In this document: one piece after another, positions 9,608 to 19,278 of the stretch | How positions within the stretch are numbered: the first letter of the stretch is position 1 | Layout of the letters: every line of letters begins with the position of its first letter | DNA from: an uncultured Planctomycetia bacterium | GTDB taxonomy: Bacteria > Omnitrophota > Gorgyraeia > JABMRN01 > RBG-13-46-9 | Direction: 5' to 3' | Assembly (NCBI GenBank): GCA_964649665.1 | Contig: CAZYPU010000001.1 | Span: 16,428 to 80,427, forward strand | DNA: 64,000 bases | The notes under the pieces: model-generated | Database searches by the model: none | The model's input: only the letters and a program-made list of their open reading frames with translations | What the model was told of the DNA's origin: nothing | Translations under genes and position numbers: made by a program

Positions 9608-9994
9608 ATGGGCATACAAAAGTTTACGGTAGAGACCTCGAAGAAAGAAGAATTTATTGACATAACCGCAGAGGTCCGTGATGCGCTGCGAAAACTGAAG
9701 CGCCGGGACGCCATTTGCACCGTATTTACGCCGCACACAACAGCGGCAATTACGATAAATGAGAACGCCGACCCCAGTGTGGCGCGCGACATGCTGCAGG
9801 GCCTGCGAAAAATGGTCCCTGAAACAGGGCACCATCATGCGGAAGGCAATTCCCCAGCCCACATTAAATCAAGTATTATAGGCTGTTCCGAGCAGATCCC
9901 GGTTGAAAACGGCGACTTGGCGCTCGGAACCTGGCAGGGCATATATTTTTGCGAATTCGACGGACCCCGAGAGCGCAGCGTATTTGTAAAATAA
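9608..9994 (+). CDS. yjbQ: YjbQ family protein (UPF0047)
   Basis: PHTTAAITINENADP, GNSPAHIKS, LGTWQGIYFCEFDGPR. Confidence 0.9.
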   Translation: MGIQKFTVETSKKEEFIDITAEVRDALRKLKRRDAICTVFTPHTTAAITINENADPSVARDMLQGLRKMVPETGHHHAEGNSPAHIKSSIIGCSEQIPVENGDLALGTWQGIYFCEFDGPRERSVFVK

Positions 9995-10070
9995 ACCCTC
10001 GGCCTGCGTTTCGGCAGAAATACCCATTATCGAATTTATCGCGGAAAAGTAGATAGTTACAACAAAATGC

Positions 10071-10099
10071 TTGAAATTTTTGCGTAAAAGGTCTATAAT
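10071..10099 (+). promoter_or_regulatory. sigma70 promoter
   Basis: TTGAAA -17 bp- TATAAT. Confidence 0.6.
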
Positions 10100-10156
10100 T
10101 GAGCAACTTATATAGCGGAAGATTTGGAATATTTACGGAACCAAAAAGGAGGTAAC

Positions 10157-10321
10157 ATGGGAGATTATCAAAGCGGCGGATTCGACAGGCCCCCGCGCGA
10201 AATGCACAAGGCGATCTGCTCGGAATGCAAGAAAGAGTGCGAAGTTCCTTTCAAGCCAAGCGGTGATCGTCCGGTATATTGCAAGGAGTGCTTTTCAAAG
10301 CGCAGGAACCAGGACCGTTAA
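10157..10321 (+). CDS. CxxC-x17-CxxC zinc-ribbon protein
   Basis: REMHKAICSECKKECEVPFKPSGDRPVYCKECF; SD AGGAGG before ATG 10157. Confidence 0.9.
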   Translation: MGDYQSGGFDRPPREMHKAICSECKKECEVPFKPSGDRPVYCKECFSKRRNQDR

Positions 10322-10354
10322 AAGCAGCCGAACGAAACACAGGAGCTTTTATTC

Positions 10355-10388
10355 AAATGCCCTCTTTTTGAAAGAGGGCATTTTTTTT
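10355..10388 (+). terminator. intrinsic terminator
   Basis: 13-bp stem AAATGCCCTCTTT / AAAGAGGGCATTT running into a T8 tract. Confidence 0.8.
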
Positions 10389-10462
10389 CGGACAACATGC
10401 AAAAGGCGGAGTGCCGGCAAAAGTTCTTTTAAAGTACACATTTTAGGAGTATAATCTAAGCT

Positions 10463-10957
10463 ATGGAAACATTTGACGCTATATCCAAAAGAGCGAGTGT
10501 CAGGAAATATCAATCAAAGCCGATTGATAAAGCCCTGCTCGAAAAACTTGTCGACGCCGCCAGGCGCGCCCCTACCGCGCGGGCGGTCGAGCCGTGGGAA
10601 TTTGTCGTTGTAACCGAGAAGAAGGCGCTTGAGGCGCTGGGGCGGATAGCCGCGACGGGAGCTTTCATAAAAGACGCGGCCTGCTGCATAGCGGTCTATT
10701 GTAAAGACACTAAATATTATCTCGAAGACGGCTCGGCGGCCACGGAAAATATTTTACTTGCCGCCGCGGGGTGCGGCCTTGGGACGTGCTGGGTCGCCGG
10801 GGATAAAAAGCCCTATGCGGGCCGGGTGTCGGAACTTTTGGGCGCGCCGCAGGAAATGAAACTGGTCAGTCTTATACCCGTGGGCTGGCCCGAAAAAGAA
10901 CCCGAGCAGATCAAAAATAGAAAACTAAAAGACGTAATCCATTGGGAAAAGTTTTAG
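10463..10957 (+). CDS. nitroreductase family protein
   Basis: RASVRKY, APTARAVEPWEFVVV, ENILLAA..GLGTCWV. Confidence 0.9.
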   Translation: METFDAISKRASVRKYQSKPIDKALLEKLVDAARRAPTARAVEPWEFVVVTEKKALEALGRIAATGAFIKDAACCIAVYCKDTKYYLEDGSAATENILLAAAGCGLGTCWVAGDKKPYAGRVSELLGAPQEMKLVSLIPVGWPEKEPEQIKNRKLKDVIHWEKF

Positions 10958-11155
10958 TTTTAAAAAGATGCGGCAACACGCAGGGCACTCCGAAGATTCG
11001 TTGCGGGTACTCCGGGGATTGAGAGAGAACAGGATAATAGGCGAATAAAGCGGTGCCGAGAGAAAAAATCATAAGAAGGCAGAAGAACGTCTCCAGGCTC
11101 TTGAGGGAGAAAAGAGAGCAATATAAGAGCAAGCTGAAAACGCTCAGAAAGAAAC

Positions 11156-11419
11156 ATGTTAAAAATGGATTCCGGGGACACGGTAATTAATCCGGTTAAA
11201 TGGTACCGCAGGCCGGCTACGGTTATTATGGCGATTCTATGCACGGGGGCGTTAGCGCTGCCCCTTTTATGGACAAGCCCGGCTTTCAGCAAAAAGCTTA
11301 AAATCGTTATAACGCTGCTGGTTGTTGCCCTTAGCTTATGGCTCGTAAAGGCATCCGTGGATTTATATGCAATATGTTTGAACCGGCTGCAGGAATTGCG
11401 GAAGGTATTGGATTATTGA
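11156..11419 (+). CDS. small membrane hypothetical protein
   Basis: KWY...GALALPLLWTSPAFS followed by a second TM helix; start uncertain (11156 or 11165). Confidence 0.65.
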   Translation: MLKMDSGDTVINPVKWYRRPATVIMAILCTGALALPLLWTSPAFSKKLKIVITLLVVALSLWLVKASVDLYAICLNRLQELRKVLDY

Positions 11420-11757
11420 GGTGAATTCGCGCAGAAGGCCTTCTTTTCTTCAGGCCGCCGGCTTACTTTGTAGGTATAACGATGGTAGTCGCCGGATTAA
11501 CCGGCTTTTGCTTGTTGGAGAAGTTCTTTAACAAGTTAGGCTGAAAAAGTCGTGTAGTTTGAAGTAACAGTTGAATTTCGGGGGCGTAGTGCTTAATTCT
11601 GACGCAGGATGTGCGCGAATTGGGCATTGAGCCCCTATAATTCTTCACGTTAGTAATGAAAAAGGAAGCTGGATTTTTGTTGACTTAACCGACCATATGT
11701 GCTACGATATGACTGCTTTGGCTGGCCTCACAACGACAGCTCAAAAACGGAATAAAG

Positions 11758-12573
11758 ATGAAAAAGTGCGGGAAAAGAAACATATTTTACAGGCAATGGG
11801 GATGCTCTGCCCCTAAGGCCGCCCTGCTTCTGATTCACGGCCTCGGCGGACACAGTAATAACTGGGAGTACTTTTCGGACTATTTTGTCCATAACGGCAT
11901 TGCCTGTTACGCGCTTGAGCTAAAAGGCTTTGGCGAGGATGTAAAGAACCGCGTTAAGGGGCACATAGATTCGCTCGATACCTATGTAAAGGATGTTCGC
12001 CGGCTTCACCATATCATAAAAAGAGAGCACAGGGGAAAGAAGGTTTTTGTGGCCGGCGAAAGCATGGGTGGGCTCATCGCTTTCATAGCGGCGATTAAAA
12101 AGCCGGATTTGTTCAGCGGGCTTATATGCATATCGCCCGGCTTCGGAAGCCTCTTGAAATTTTCATTTCTGGATTATACAAAAATGACGCTGGCATGGCT
12201 TCATAAACCGAAAAAACAGTTTGTCATGCCGTTTGACTCCGAGATGTGCACCCGCGATCCGAAATGCCGCAAGCAGATGGATTCGGATCCGCTCGAGCAC
12301 AGGTTTGCCACGCCGGGCCTTCTCCTGAACGTATTGCTCGGCCAGATGTATTCAAGCCTCCTGAAACGTAAAGTCAGGATGCGCACGCTTTTTTTGCTCG
12401 GCGAAAAGGACACCTTCGTGTGCGGCCGGTCCAGTCGGAAGATTTTCGAGGGCCTCAAAACGAAAGATAAGCAATTAATCAAATACTCCGAAATGCGCCA
12501 CACCCTTACGGCGGAGCTCGGGAGGGAAAAAGTTTTCGGCGATGCCTTCGAATGGGTTGAAAAAAGAATATAA
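11758..12573 (+). CDS. lysophospholipase / monoacylglycerol lipase (alpha/beta hydrolase, Hydrolase_4)
   Basis: LIHGLGGH, GHIDS, nucleophile elbow GESMGG, C-terminal His (MRH). Confidence 0.9.
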   Translation: MKKCGKRNIFYRQWGCSAPKAALLLIHGLGGHSNNWEYFSDYFVHNGIACYALELKGFGEDVKNRVKGHIDSLDTYVKDVRRLHHIIKREHRGKKVFVAGESMGGLIAFIAAIKKPDLFSGLICISPGFGSLLKFSFLDYTKMTLAWLHKPKKQFVMPFDSEMCTRDPKCRKQMDSDPLEHRFATPGLLLNVLLGQMYSSLLKRKVRMRTLFLLGEKDTFVCGRSSRKIFEGLKTKDKQLIKYSEMRHTLTAELGREKVFGDAFEWVEKRI

Positions 12574-12574
12574 A

Positions 12575-14287
12575 ATGATCAACTCAATGGTAAAAACCGT
12601 TTTGCAGAACCTTACCATAAGGGATATCCTGGAGGCGATAAATAAAAAATATGGTCAAAGGCCGGCTCTCAGGGTTAAGACAAAAGATGGGCGTTTAAAA
12701 GATATTTCGTATGTCAAACTGGGACGCAGGGTAGTTACCGTCTCTTCGGCGCTTATGGAGCTCGGCGTAAAAAAAGCCGATAAAGTCGCCATACTTTCCG
12801 AGAACAGGCCCGAGTGGGCGCTCGCGTACTTCGGTATCATATCCTGCGCCGGCATAGTGGTGCCCATCGATGTCAAGCTGAGCACAAAGGAAATCCAGTT
12901 CATAATGAATGACAGCCGGGTAAAATGCGTGTTTGTGAGCGCAAAATACATCCCCGTGATAGATGAGTTGAAAACAGTCCTTCCCAATCTCGAACATATA
13001 ATCCTTTTGGACAGAGCGGGCCGCGGGGATGTAATGCTTCTGAAAAACCTGAGCCGGCACAGGGGAAAACAAAGAGGCCGTCCCGTATATCCCGACGATA
13101 CCTCGCTGATCGTATACACATCCGGCACAACGGGCGTCGCCAAGGGTGTCGAGATAAGCTACAGAAACCTCTTATTTCAGGTGCTGGCCTTCAGCGAGAT
13201 AATTCACTCGAGCCCCGACGATAACCTCCTTTCGGTTTTGCCGTTAAATCACATGCTTGAAATAACAGGCGGCCTGATAGCCCCCTTATACGGCGGCGCA
13301 TGCATTACTTACTCCGACAACCTTAAGGCCGGCACGCTTTTGCCGCTCATGAAAGAGACAAAAACCACCGTGATGATTTGCGTGCCTCTTGTATTAAAGT
13401 TGATGCACGGCGGCATCATGAAAAAAATCGCCAGGCTTTCACCGGGCAGGCGAAAGGCGTTCGGGGCGGCTCTTGCGCTTTCAAGGGCTCTTCTTAAACT
13501 CAACGTAAGGGTGGGAAAGGCGCTTTTCGCGCCCATTCACGAGGAATTCGGCGGGCACTTGCGCGGATTCATAAGCGGCGGGGCGCCGCTTGACGCTGAT
13601 GTGGAGGTAGATTTAAACGCCCTGGGCTTCAGGGTACTGCAGGGCTACGGCCTTACGGAAACCGCGCCGGTCATATCGGTCAATACTTTTAATAATAATA
13701 AATTTGCCTCCGTGGGAAAACCCCTGTCGGGAGTCGAGGTAAAGATCCTTAAAAAGAACAAATTTTCCCGCGAAGGCGAAATTATAACCCGCGGGCCGCA
13801 CGTGATGAAGGGCTACTTTAACAATCCGGAAAAGACCGCGGAGGTAATAAGGGGCGGCTGGCTCCATACCGGCGACATAGGTTATTTCGACAGGGACAAT
13901 TTCCTGTTGATATCCGGCCGGATCAAAAATTTGATCGTCCTTGGCACCGGCAAAAAAGTTTTTCCGGAAGAAGTGGAAGCCGTAATGGAGAAGAGCCCTT
14001 ACATAAAAGAGATATCGGTCCTCGGAAGAATTGCCGGGCGCGGCATCCGTAAGGGCCATGAGGAAGTTTACGCTGTTATCGTGCCCGATCTCGAGGCGTT
14101 CGGAGAAAGCGAAAGCCCCGACAGTGAAAACATAAGAAAAAAGATATCCGCGGAAGTAAGCCGCCTGGGCAGGAATTTAGCCGAGTACAAAAGGATAACG
14201 GACTTTCAGATCCGGTTTCAGGAGCTTCCGAGAACAGTAACAAAGAAAATAAAGCGAAAAGCCGTTCGCGAGATGATCAACGTTTAA
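12575..14287 (+). CDS. long-chain fatty acid--CoA ligase (AMP-binding)
   Basis: YTSGTTGVAKG, QGYGLTE, GWLHTGDIG, GRIKNLIV. Confidence 0.92.
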   Translation: MINSMVKTVLQNLTIRDILEAINKKYGQRPALRVKTKDGRLKDISYVKLGRRVVTVSSALMELGVKKADKVAILSENRPEWALAYFGIISCAGIVVPIDVKLSTKEIQFIMNDSRVKCVFVSAKYIPVIDELKTVLPNLEHIILLDRAGRGDVMLLKNLSRHRGKQRGRPVYPDDTSLIVYTSGTTGVAKGVEISYRNLLFQVLAFSEIIHSSPDDNLLSVLPLNHMLEITGGLIAPLYGGACITYSDNLKAGTLLPLMKETKTTVMICVPLVLKLMHGGIMKKIARLSPGRRKAFGAALALSRALLKLNVRVGKALFAPIHEEFGGHLRGFISGGAPLDADVEVDLNALGFRVLQGYGLTETAPVISVNTFNNNKFASVGKPLSGVEVKILKKNKFSREGEIITRGPHVMKGYFNNPEKTAEVIRGGWLHTGDIGYFDRDNFLLISGRIKNLIVLGTGKKVFPEEVEAVMEKSPYIKEISVLGRIAGRGIRKGHEEVYAVIVPDLEAFGESESPDSENIRKKISAEVSRLGRNLAEYKRITDFQIRFQELPRTVTKKIKRKAVREMINV

Positions 14288-14320
14288 CCGACTTGCCCTC
14301 CGAAGCGCTGCCTGTTCCGC

Positions 14321-14349
14321 TTGCAAAAATCCCTTTTTACAAGTATATT
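14321..14349 (+). promoter_or_regulatory. sigma70 promoter
   Basis: TTGCAA -17 bp- TATATT upstream of ATG 14363. Confidence 0.55.
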
Positions 14350-14362
14350 TAGGTAAGGGGCA

Positions 14363-15175
14363 ATGATAAAAGAACACAAAAAAACGGGCACTTTGTACAG
14401 GAAATGGGCCGCCGAGTCGCCGAAAGCGGCGCTTCTATTGGTGCACGGCCTCGGCACGCACAGCGATTCCTGGAAATTTACGGGGGATTTTTTTCTTAAA
14501 AGAAATATATCCTCTTATGCCGTGGAATTAAGGGGATTCGGGGAGACCAAAGGCCTTAAGGGGCACATAGATTCTTTCGACACCTATTATAAGGACATAA
14601 AGACGCTGCGCGAGGTAATAACAGAGGAAAACGGCAATATAAAAGTTTTCCTCGCGGGCCAGAGTATGGGCGGCGTGATCGTTTTTACCGCCTCGGCGCT
14701 CTATCCGCGCATTTTTGACGGGATCATATGCGTCGCGCCGGCTTTTACGACGAAGATTAAATTCAGCGCCATAGAACGCGCGGATATTTTCGCGTCGTTT
14801 TTTTATAACGGGAAAAAGAACTTCAACCTGCCGTTTTCCGCGGAAATGTGCACGAGGGACCCCCATCACCGAAAGACCATGGATTCCGACCACCGGGAGA
14901 TAAGGTTCGCGACATCGAACCTTCTTGTGTCAATATTCCTGGCGGGCCTGCGGGGAAGGATCTTAAAAAACAGGATCAAGCCCCCCGTATTGTTTCTTCT
15001 GGCGGGGGAGGACGCGCTGGTTTCTTCCGGGGCGTGCAGAAAGGTATTTAAGGGCCTGAAGGTAAGAGATAAAACGCTGATAGAGTATCCCGGCATGTAC
15101 CACGCCCTGAACGTAGAGCTGGGCCGCGAGAAGGTTTTTGAGGATATCTTTAAATGGATAAAACATCGGTCGTGA
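14363..15175 (+). CDS. lysophospholipase paralogue (Hydrolase_4)
   Basis: LVHGLGTH, GHIDSF, GQSMGG, YPGMYH; co-linear with 11758-12573 (MCTRDP, ELGREKVF). Confidence 0.9.
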   Translation: MIKEHKKTGTLYRKWAAESPKAALLLVHGLGTHSDSWKFTGDFFLKRNISSYAVELRGFGETKGLKGHIDSFDTYYKDIKTLREVITEENGNIKVFLAGQSMGGVIVFTASALYPRIFDGIICVAPAFTTKIKFSAIERADIFASFFYNGKKNFNLPFSAEMCTRDPHHRKTMDSDHREIRFATSNLLVSIFLAGLRGRILKNRIKPPVLFLLAGEDALVSSGACRKVFKGLKVRDKTLIEYPGMYHALNVELGREKVFEDIFKWIKHRS

Positions 15176-15990
15176 GGAAGTATCTATATTTCAGCCTGTT
15201 TTTTTGCGCGATAATCTGCTTATGCACAAGCGTTGTTACCGCCCGGGCGCTCGCGGAGCCGGTAAAGGGCGCGCTTCTGACAGAGGACGGGGTTTCGATC
15301 GCGTACGAGCGGTACAAAAACGGGTTTGAAAAAGTAATTATAATATGCCCGGGTTTCTACAACAGCAAGAAAAACAGGTGGATGCGCAAAACCGCGGATT
15401 TTATATCTTCCAGGTATGACGTTATAATCTTTGACCCGAGGGGCCACGGCGAAAGCGGCGGGAAATTTACCTGGTCAGCCAAAGAGCACTGCGATCTGAA
15501 CGCCGTTATTGATTACGCGATAGCCGAAGGGTACGGGGCCGTGGGGGTGGTGGCTTTTTCCCTCGGAGCGGCCTCGGCTATTAATGCTGCCTCGGGCAGG
15601 GGCGATATAGACAGCATGGTATTGATAAGCGCCCCGTCGAGTTTCAGGATGGTCAACTTCCACTTCTGGGAGCCGGGAATGCTCTCGGACCTGAAAGACA
15701 ATATAGACTGTAAATGGGAAGGTAAGGGCGCGAGGTTCGGCAGTATCTTTACGCCGAAGGACAGGCCCATAGACACGATAGGCCTGATAAAGACCACACC
15801 GATGCTTTTTATACACGGTGACAGGGACTGGCTCATTAAGGACCGCCATTCCAGGAAGCTTTATCGGGCGGCGCGGGTTTATAAAAAAATAGAAATAATC
15901 AAAAACGGGCTTCACGCGGAGAGGATTATCCAGTTTAATCCCGATAAGATAAAGAAACTTATACTCGAGTGGTTTTCGGAAACGCTTTAA
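15154..15990 (+). CDS. exported alpha/beta hydrolase
   Basis: N-terminal hydrophobic signal, FDPRGHGESGG, AFSLGA elbow, FIHGDRD; start may be GTG 15172. Confidence 0.85.
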   Translation: MDKTSVVRKYLYFSLFFCAIICLCTSVVTARALAEPVKGALLTEDGVSIAYERYKNGFEKVIIICPGFYNSKKNRWMRKTADFISSRYDVIIFDPRGHGESGGKFTWSAKEHCDLNAVIDYAIAEGYGAVGVVAFSLGAASAINAASGRGDIDSMVLISAPSSFRMVNFHFWEPGMLSDLKDNIDCKWEGKGARFGSIFTPKDRPIDTIGLIKTTPMLFIHGDRDWLIKDRHSRKLYRAARVYKKIEIIKNGLHAERIIQFNPDKIKKLILEWFSETL

Positions 15991-16005
15991 GTCTGATAAT
16001 TTTAT

Positions 16006-16034
16006 TTGAAATTACGCATTTTATGCGATATACT
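16006..16034 (+). promoter_or_regulatory. sigma70 promoter with palindrome in the spacer
   Basis: TTGAAA -17 bp- TATACT; spacer contains CGCAT-TTT-ATGCG. Confidence 0.55.
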
Positions 16035-16062
16035 TTATACCGCTTCTGTAAATCAGGAATAA

Positions 16063-16434
16063 ATGGTTAACATGAAAAGATTTACGTTATATTTACTGAG
16101 ATGGCAGCTTAGCACGCCGATTCTCTGGCTGGTGATCAGGCGTTTAGGCGTGGGAATATGGCCCACGATTATAGCCAACTTTATCGGGGGGAGCATATTT
16201 TTCTGGGTGGACAAATTTATTTTTACGTCTAAAGCGGTTGAGATGTGGCATTTTAAAGAAAATGGAAAATGCGATAACTGCGGGAAAGTTACCAGCCTCT
16301 GGAGGCTGGTCCTGGCCCCGAACTACGACAAGAGCCGCGCCAAGCCGAAATTTTTCTGCATGGAATGTTCGAAGAAAAGAACGGACGAACTGAGGCGCGA
16401 GGGAATAAAAATCCGCGGAAAAAGCGGCAGGTAA
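16063..16434 (+). CDS. membrane protein with C-terminal Cys4 zinc finger
   Basis: RWQLSTPIL...ANFIGGSIFFWVD membrane part, then CDNC...CMEC. Confidence 0.7.
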   Translation: MVNMKRFTLYLLRWQLSTPILWLVIRRLGVGIWPTIIANFIGGSIFFWVDKFIFTSKAVEMWHFKENGKCDNCGKVTSLWRLVLAPNYDKSRAKPKFFCMECSKKRTDELRREGIKIRGKSGR

Positions 16435-16443
16435 GGAGAGTTC

Positions 16444-17397
16444 TTATTTTCCCGGAATTCGATCAATCAGGCGGATCAGGTCGCGATACGAGCCTACCCT
16501 CGAGATGCGGTCGCGGATTCTCGCGGCCTCAGGGATGCCTTTAAGATACCACATTGCTACCTTGCCCATGAAGCCCGCCTTGCTGGAATCCGCTATATCC
16601 TTGTATTTTTCTATGTAAGCCAGGTGGGTTTTCAGTGTTTTTTTCTTTACGGATAGCTCCGGATCCTCAGGGGCCACGCCGTTTTTAAGATATCTTTCAA
16701 TATTTCCGAATATCCAGGGATTGCCGAGCGCGCCCCTTGCCACCAGTATCCCGTCGCACCCGGTTTCATCAAGCATTTTTTTGGCCATTGAAGGATTGAA
16801 TATATTGCCGCTTCCGAAGACGGGTATTCTTAGAGCGGTTTTCACCTTTTTTATCGATTCGTAATCGATATCGCCGGAATAGCCCTGCGATACCGTCCTG
16901 CCGTGTATAAAAAGAATGGACGCCCCGTTATCCTGGCATATTTCGGCGATCCTGACGGATTCATCCGCATCCCTTTTGTAAAAACCACTTCGCAGCTTGA
17001 CCGTGATCGGGATACGCAGCCCGGAAGCCAGTTTCTTAACAATTTTACCCAGCTGCCGCGGATTTTTTAAGAGCGCCGCGCCGGCGCTTTTTTTGAGTAC
17101 TTTTTTTGCGGGGCAGGCGCTGTTTATGTCCAGAAAGGATATATCAGCAAAGTTTGGCAGTTTTTGAGCGGCCTCAAGCATTACCGAAGGGTCATGCCCC
17201 AGTAACTGCGCTGCCAGCGGCGAATCTTTCTTAAGGGTTTTCAGCAGGCGCCTGTTTTTCGGATGATCGTAAAGCAGGGCCCTCGCGTCAAGCATTTCAA
17301 AAAAACAATGCGCGGCGCCCAGCGAGCGGCTTACAAGCCGGAAAGAAAGGTCGGTTACCCCTGACATGGGGGCCAGATATATTCCAGGATCCATCAC
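16444..17397 (-). CDS. dusB: tRNA-dihydrouridine synthase
   Basis: LAPMSGVTD, DINSACP, GAALL, PITVKLR, IHGRT, GNPWIF. Confidence 0.9.
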   Translation of the reverse strand: MMDPGIYLAPMSGVTDLSFRLVSRSLGAAHCFFEMLDARALLYDHPKNRRLLKTLKKDSPLAAQLLGHDPSVMLEAAQKLPNFADISFLDINSACPAKKVLKKSAGAALLKNPRQLGKIVKKLASGLRIPITVKLRSGFYKRDADESVRIAEICQDNGASILFIHGRTVSQGYSGDIDYESIKKVKTALRIPVFGSGNIFNPSMAKKMLDETGCDGILVARGALGNPWIFGNIERYLKNGVAPEDPELSVKKKTLKTHLAYIEKYKDIADSSKAGFMGKVAMWYLKGIPEAARIRDRISRVGSYRDLIRLIDRIPGK

Positions 17398-17400
17398 GCT

Positions 17401-17447
17401 ATTATACTATGAATTTCGTTGATAGAGAAGAGAGTTTCTGGTATTAT
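17401..17447. promoter_or_regulatory. back-to-back divergent promoters (dusB / HI0933-family gene)
   Basis: Minus-strand TATAAT at 17401-17406, 6 nt from ATG 17394; plus-strand TTGATA (17419) -17 bp- TATTAT (17442) with upstream TG. Confidence 0.55.
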
Positions 17448-17458
17448 ATTATCCTCTC

Positions 17459-18694
17459 ATGGAAAAAATCGACGCAATCATAATCGGTGCCGGACCGGCC
17501 GGCATGATGGCTGCCATTCGCGCCGCGGAAAGAAAGAAAAGAGTTCTCCTCCTTGAGCGCAGCGATACCCCCGGCAGGAAGCTCCTCATCTCGGGAAAGG
17601 GCCGGTGCAACCTGACGAATTCCCGCGATGTCGCGGATTTTCTCGGAAAATTTTCGCCCTCGGGGAATTTTTTAAGAAACGCATTCGCGAGATTTTTCAG
17701 CGCCGACCTTATATCGTTTTTTGAAGGCTCCGGCCTTAAGCTTAAGACAGAACGCGGCGGCCGCGTATTTCCACAAAGCGATAGGGCGGGCGATGTCCTC
17801 GCCGTATTAGAATCAAAGCTGAAAAACAGGAATATTAAAATCCTCCGCGCCCAGCGCGCGCGCGAAATCGTCGTGAAGAACAAAAAAATAGAAGGTGTCC
17901 TGACGTATTCCGGCAGGCGTTTCAGGGCTCCGCACGTCGCCATTGCCACGGGCGGCCTTTCCTATCCACGGACGGGCTCAACGGGAGATGGATACGCCCT
18001 CGCTGAAAAACTAAAACATGACGTCATACCTTTAAAGCCGGCGCTTTCGCCCATTCTCATCAAAGAAAAATTTATACGGCCCTGGCAGGGCGTATCGCTT
18101 AAAAACGCGCGCTTAACGCTTTTTTCCGGGGGCAAAAAAATAGACGAAAGATTCGGCGAAATGGTGTTTACCCACTTTGGTCTATCGGGCCCGGTTGTCC
18201 TCGACATAAGCGCCTCTGTGTACGACGCGCTAAAAGAAAAAGGCGAGGCATCGATATCCATTAACTTCAAGCCCGCCCTGGACCACAAAAAACTGGACGC
18301 GAGACTATTGCGCGAATTTGAGGCGGCTCCGAGAAAAAGCGTAAAAAGCATATTTAAGAATCTGCTGCCGCGGGGCATAGTAGAACGATTCCTCGAATAT
18401 TGCGGCATGGACCCGAATAAAAACGCGTGCCGGATCACCTCCGGGGAAAGAAAAAAACTTATAAACGGATTATTTGATCTAAGGTTAAGCGTATCCGGCG
18501 TAATGCCGGTCAAAGAGGGTATCATCACAAGGGGCGGCGTGAATACAAAGGAAATAAACCCCAAGACCATGGAGTCAAAAATTGTAAAGGGGCTTTTTTT
18601 TGCGGGCGAAGTAATAGACGTGGATGCCGCGACAGGCGGATACAACATGCAGGCGGCATTTTCCATGGGATGGGTTTGCGGGGATAACATATGA
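17459..18694 (+). CDS. NAD(P)/FAD-dependent oxidoreductase, HI0933/BaiN family
   Basis: IIGAGPAGMMAA, GRKLLISGKGRCNLTN, ATGGLSYP.TGSTGDG, TGGYNMQAAFS. Confidence 0.92.
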   Translation: MEKIDAIIIGAGPAGMMAAIRAAERKKRVLLLERSDTPGRKLLISGKGRCNLTNSRDVADFLGKFSPSGNFLRNAFARFFSADLISFFEGSGLKLKTERGGRVFPQSDRAGDVLAVLESKLKNRNIKILRAQRAREIVVKNKKIEGVLTYSGRRFRAPHVAIATGGLSYPRTGSTGDGYALAEKLKHDVIPLKPALSPILIKEKFIRPWQGVSLKNARLTLFSGGKKIDERFGEMVFTHFGLSGPVVLDISASVYDALKEKGEASISINFKPALDHKKLDARLLREFEAAPRKSVKSIFKNLLPRGIVERFLEYCGMDPNKNACRITSGERKKLINGLFDLRLSVSGVMPVKEGIITRGGVNTKEINPKTMESKIVKGLFFAGEVIDVDAATGGYNMQAAFSMGWVCGDNI

Positions 18695-19278
18695 AACACA
18701 GAATAATATTGGCCTCGGCGTCAAAGAGGCGTTCAAGGATACTCAGGGAATGCGGCATACCGCACAGAGTTCTTGTAAGCGGGGCGCCTGAAAAAATGGA
18801 ACACAAAAAAGGCGCGAGGTTCAACGCTCTTTGCAACGCCCGCGGCAAGGCCCAAAGAATAGCGTACAGGCAGGGGGAAGGTTTTATTATCGGCGCCGAT
18901 ACCATTGTGCTGCTGGGAAAGCGCCTTATCGGAAAGCCAAAGACGGGAAAAGAGGCAAAGCGCCTCCTTAAAGCGTTCTCGGCGAAGACAATCCTTGTCT
19001 ATACCGGACTCTGCGTAATAGACGCCGCAAAAGGAAAATCGGCATGCGCTGTCGAGGTATCAAAAATCCGCGTCAAAAAACTATCGCGTAAAGAAATAAA
19101 CGAATTTGTAAAAATAGCGGGCCCGCATGACAAGGCGGGCGGTTTTTCGATAGAGGGTCCAGGCGCGTTCATATTCGATAATGTAGAAGGCTCGTTCTAT
19201 AATATACTGGGACTGCCGCCGGCGAAACTCCATGAACTTTTTGAGAAATTAGGCGTGGACCTGTGCAAAATAACCTGA
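18691..19278 (+). CDS. maf: Maf nucleoside triphosphate pyrophosphatase
   Basis: ILASASKRR, IGADTIV, DKAGGFSI, GSFYNILGLP. Confidence 0.92.
   Translation: MKHRIILASASKRRSRILRECGIPHRVLVSGAPEKMEHKKGARFNALCNARGKAQRIAYRQGEGFIIGADTIVLLGKRLIGKPKTGKEAKRLLKAFSAKTILVYTGLCVIDAAKGKSACAVEVSKIRVKKLSRKEINEFVKIAGPHDKAGGFSIEGPGAFIFDNVEGSFYNILGLPPAKLHELFEKLGVDLCKIT

Noticed and set aside
11420-11757. Possible ncRNA, riboswitch or 61-aa minus-strand ORF in this intergenic gap
   Set aside because: No recognisable RNA motif or protein features; an Rfam search would be needed.
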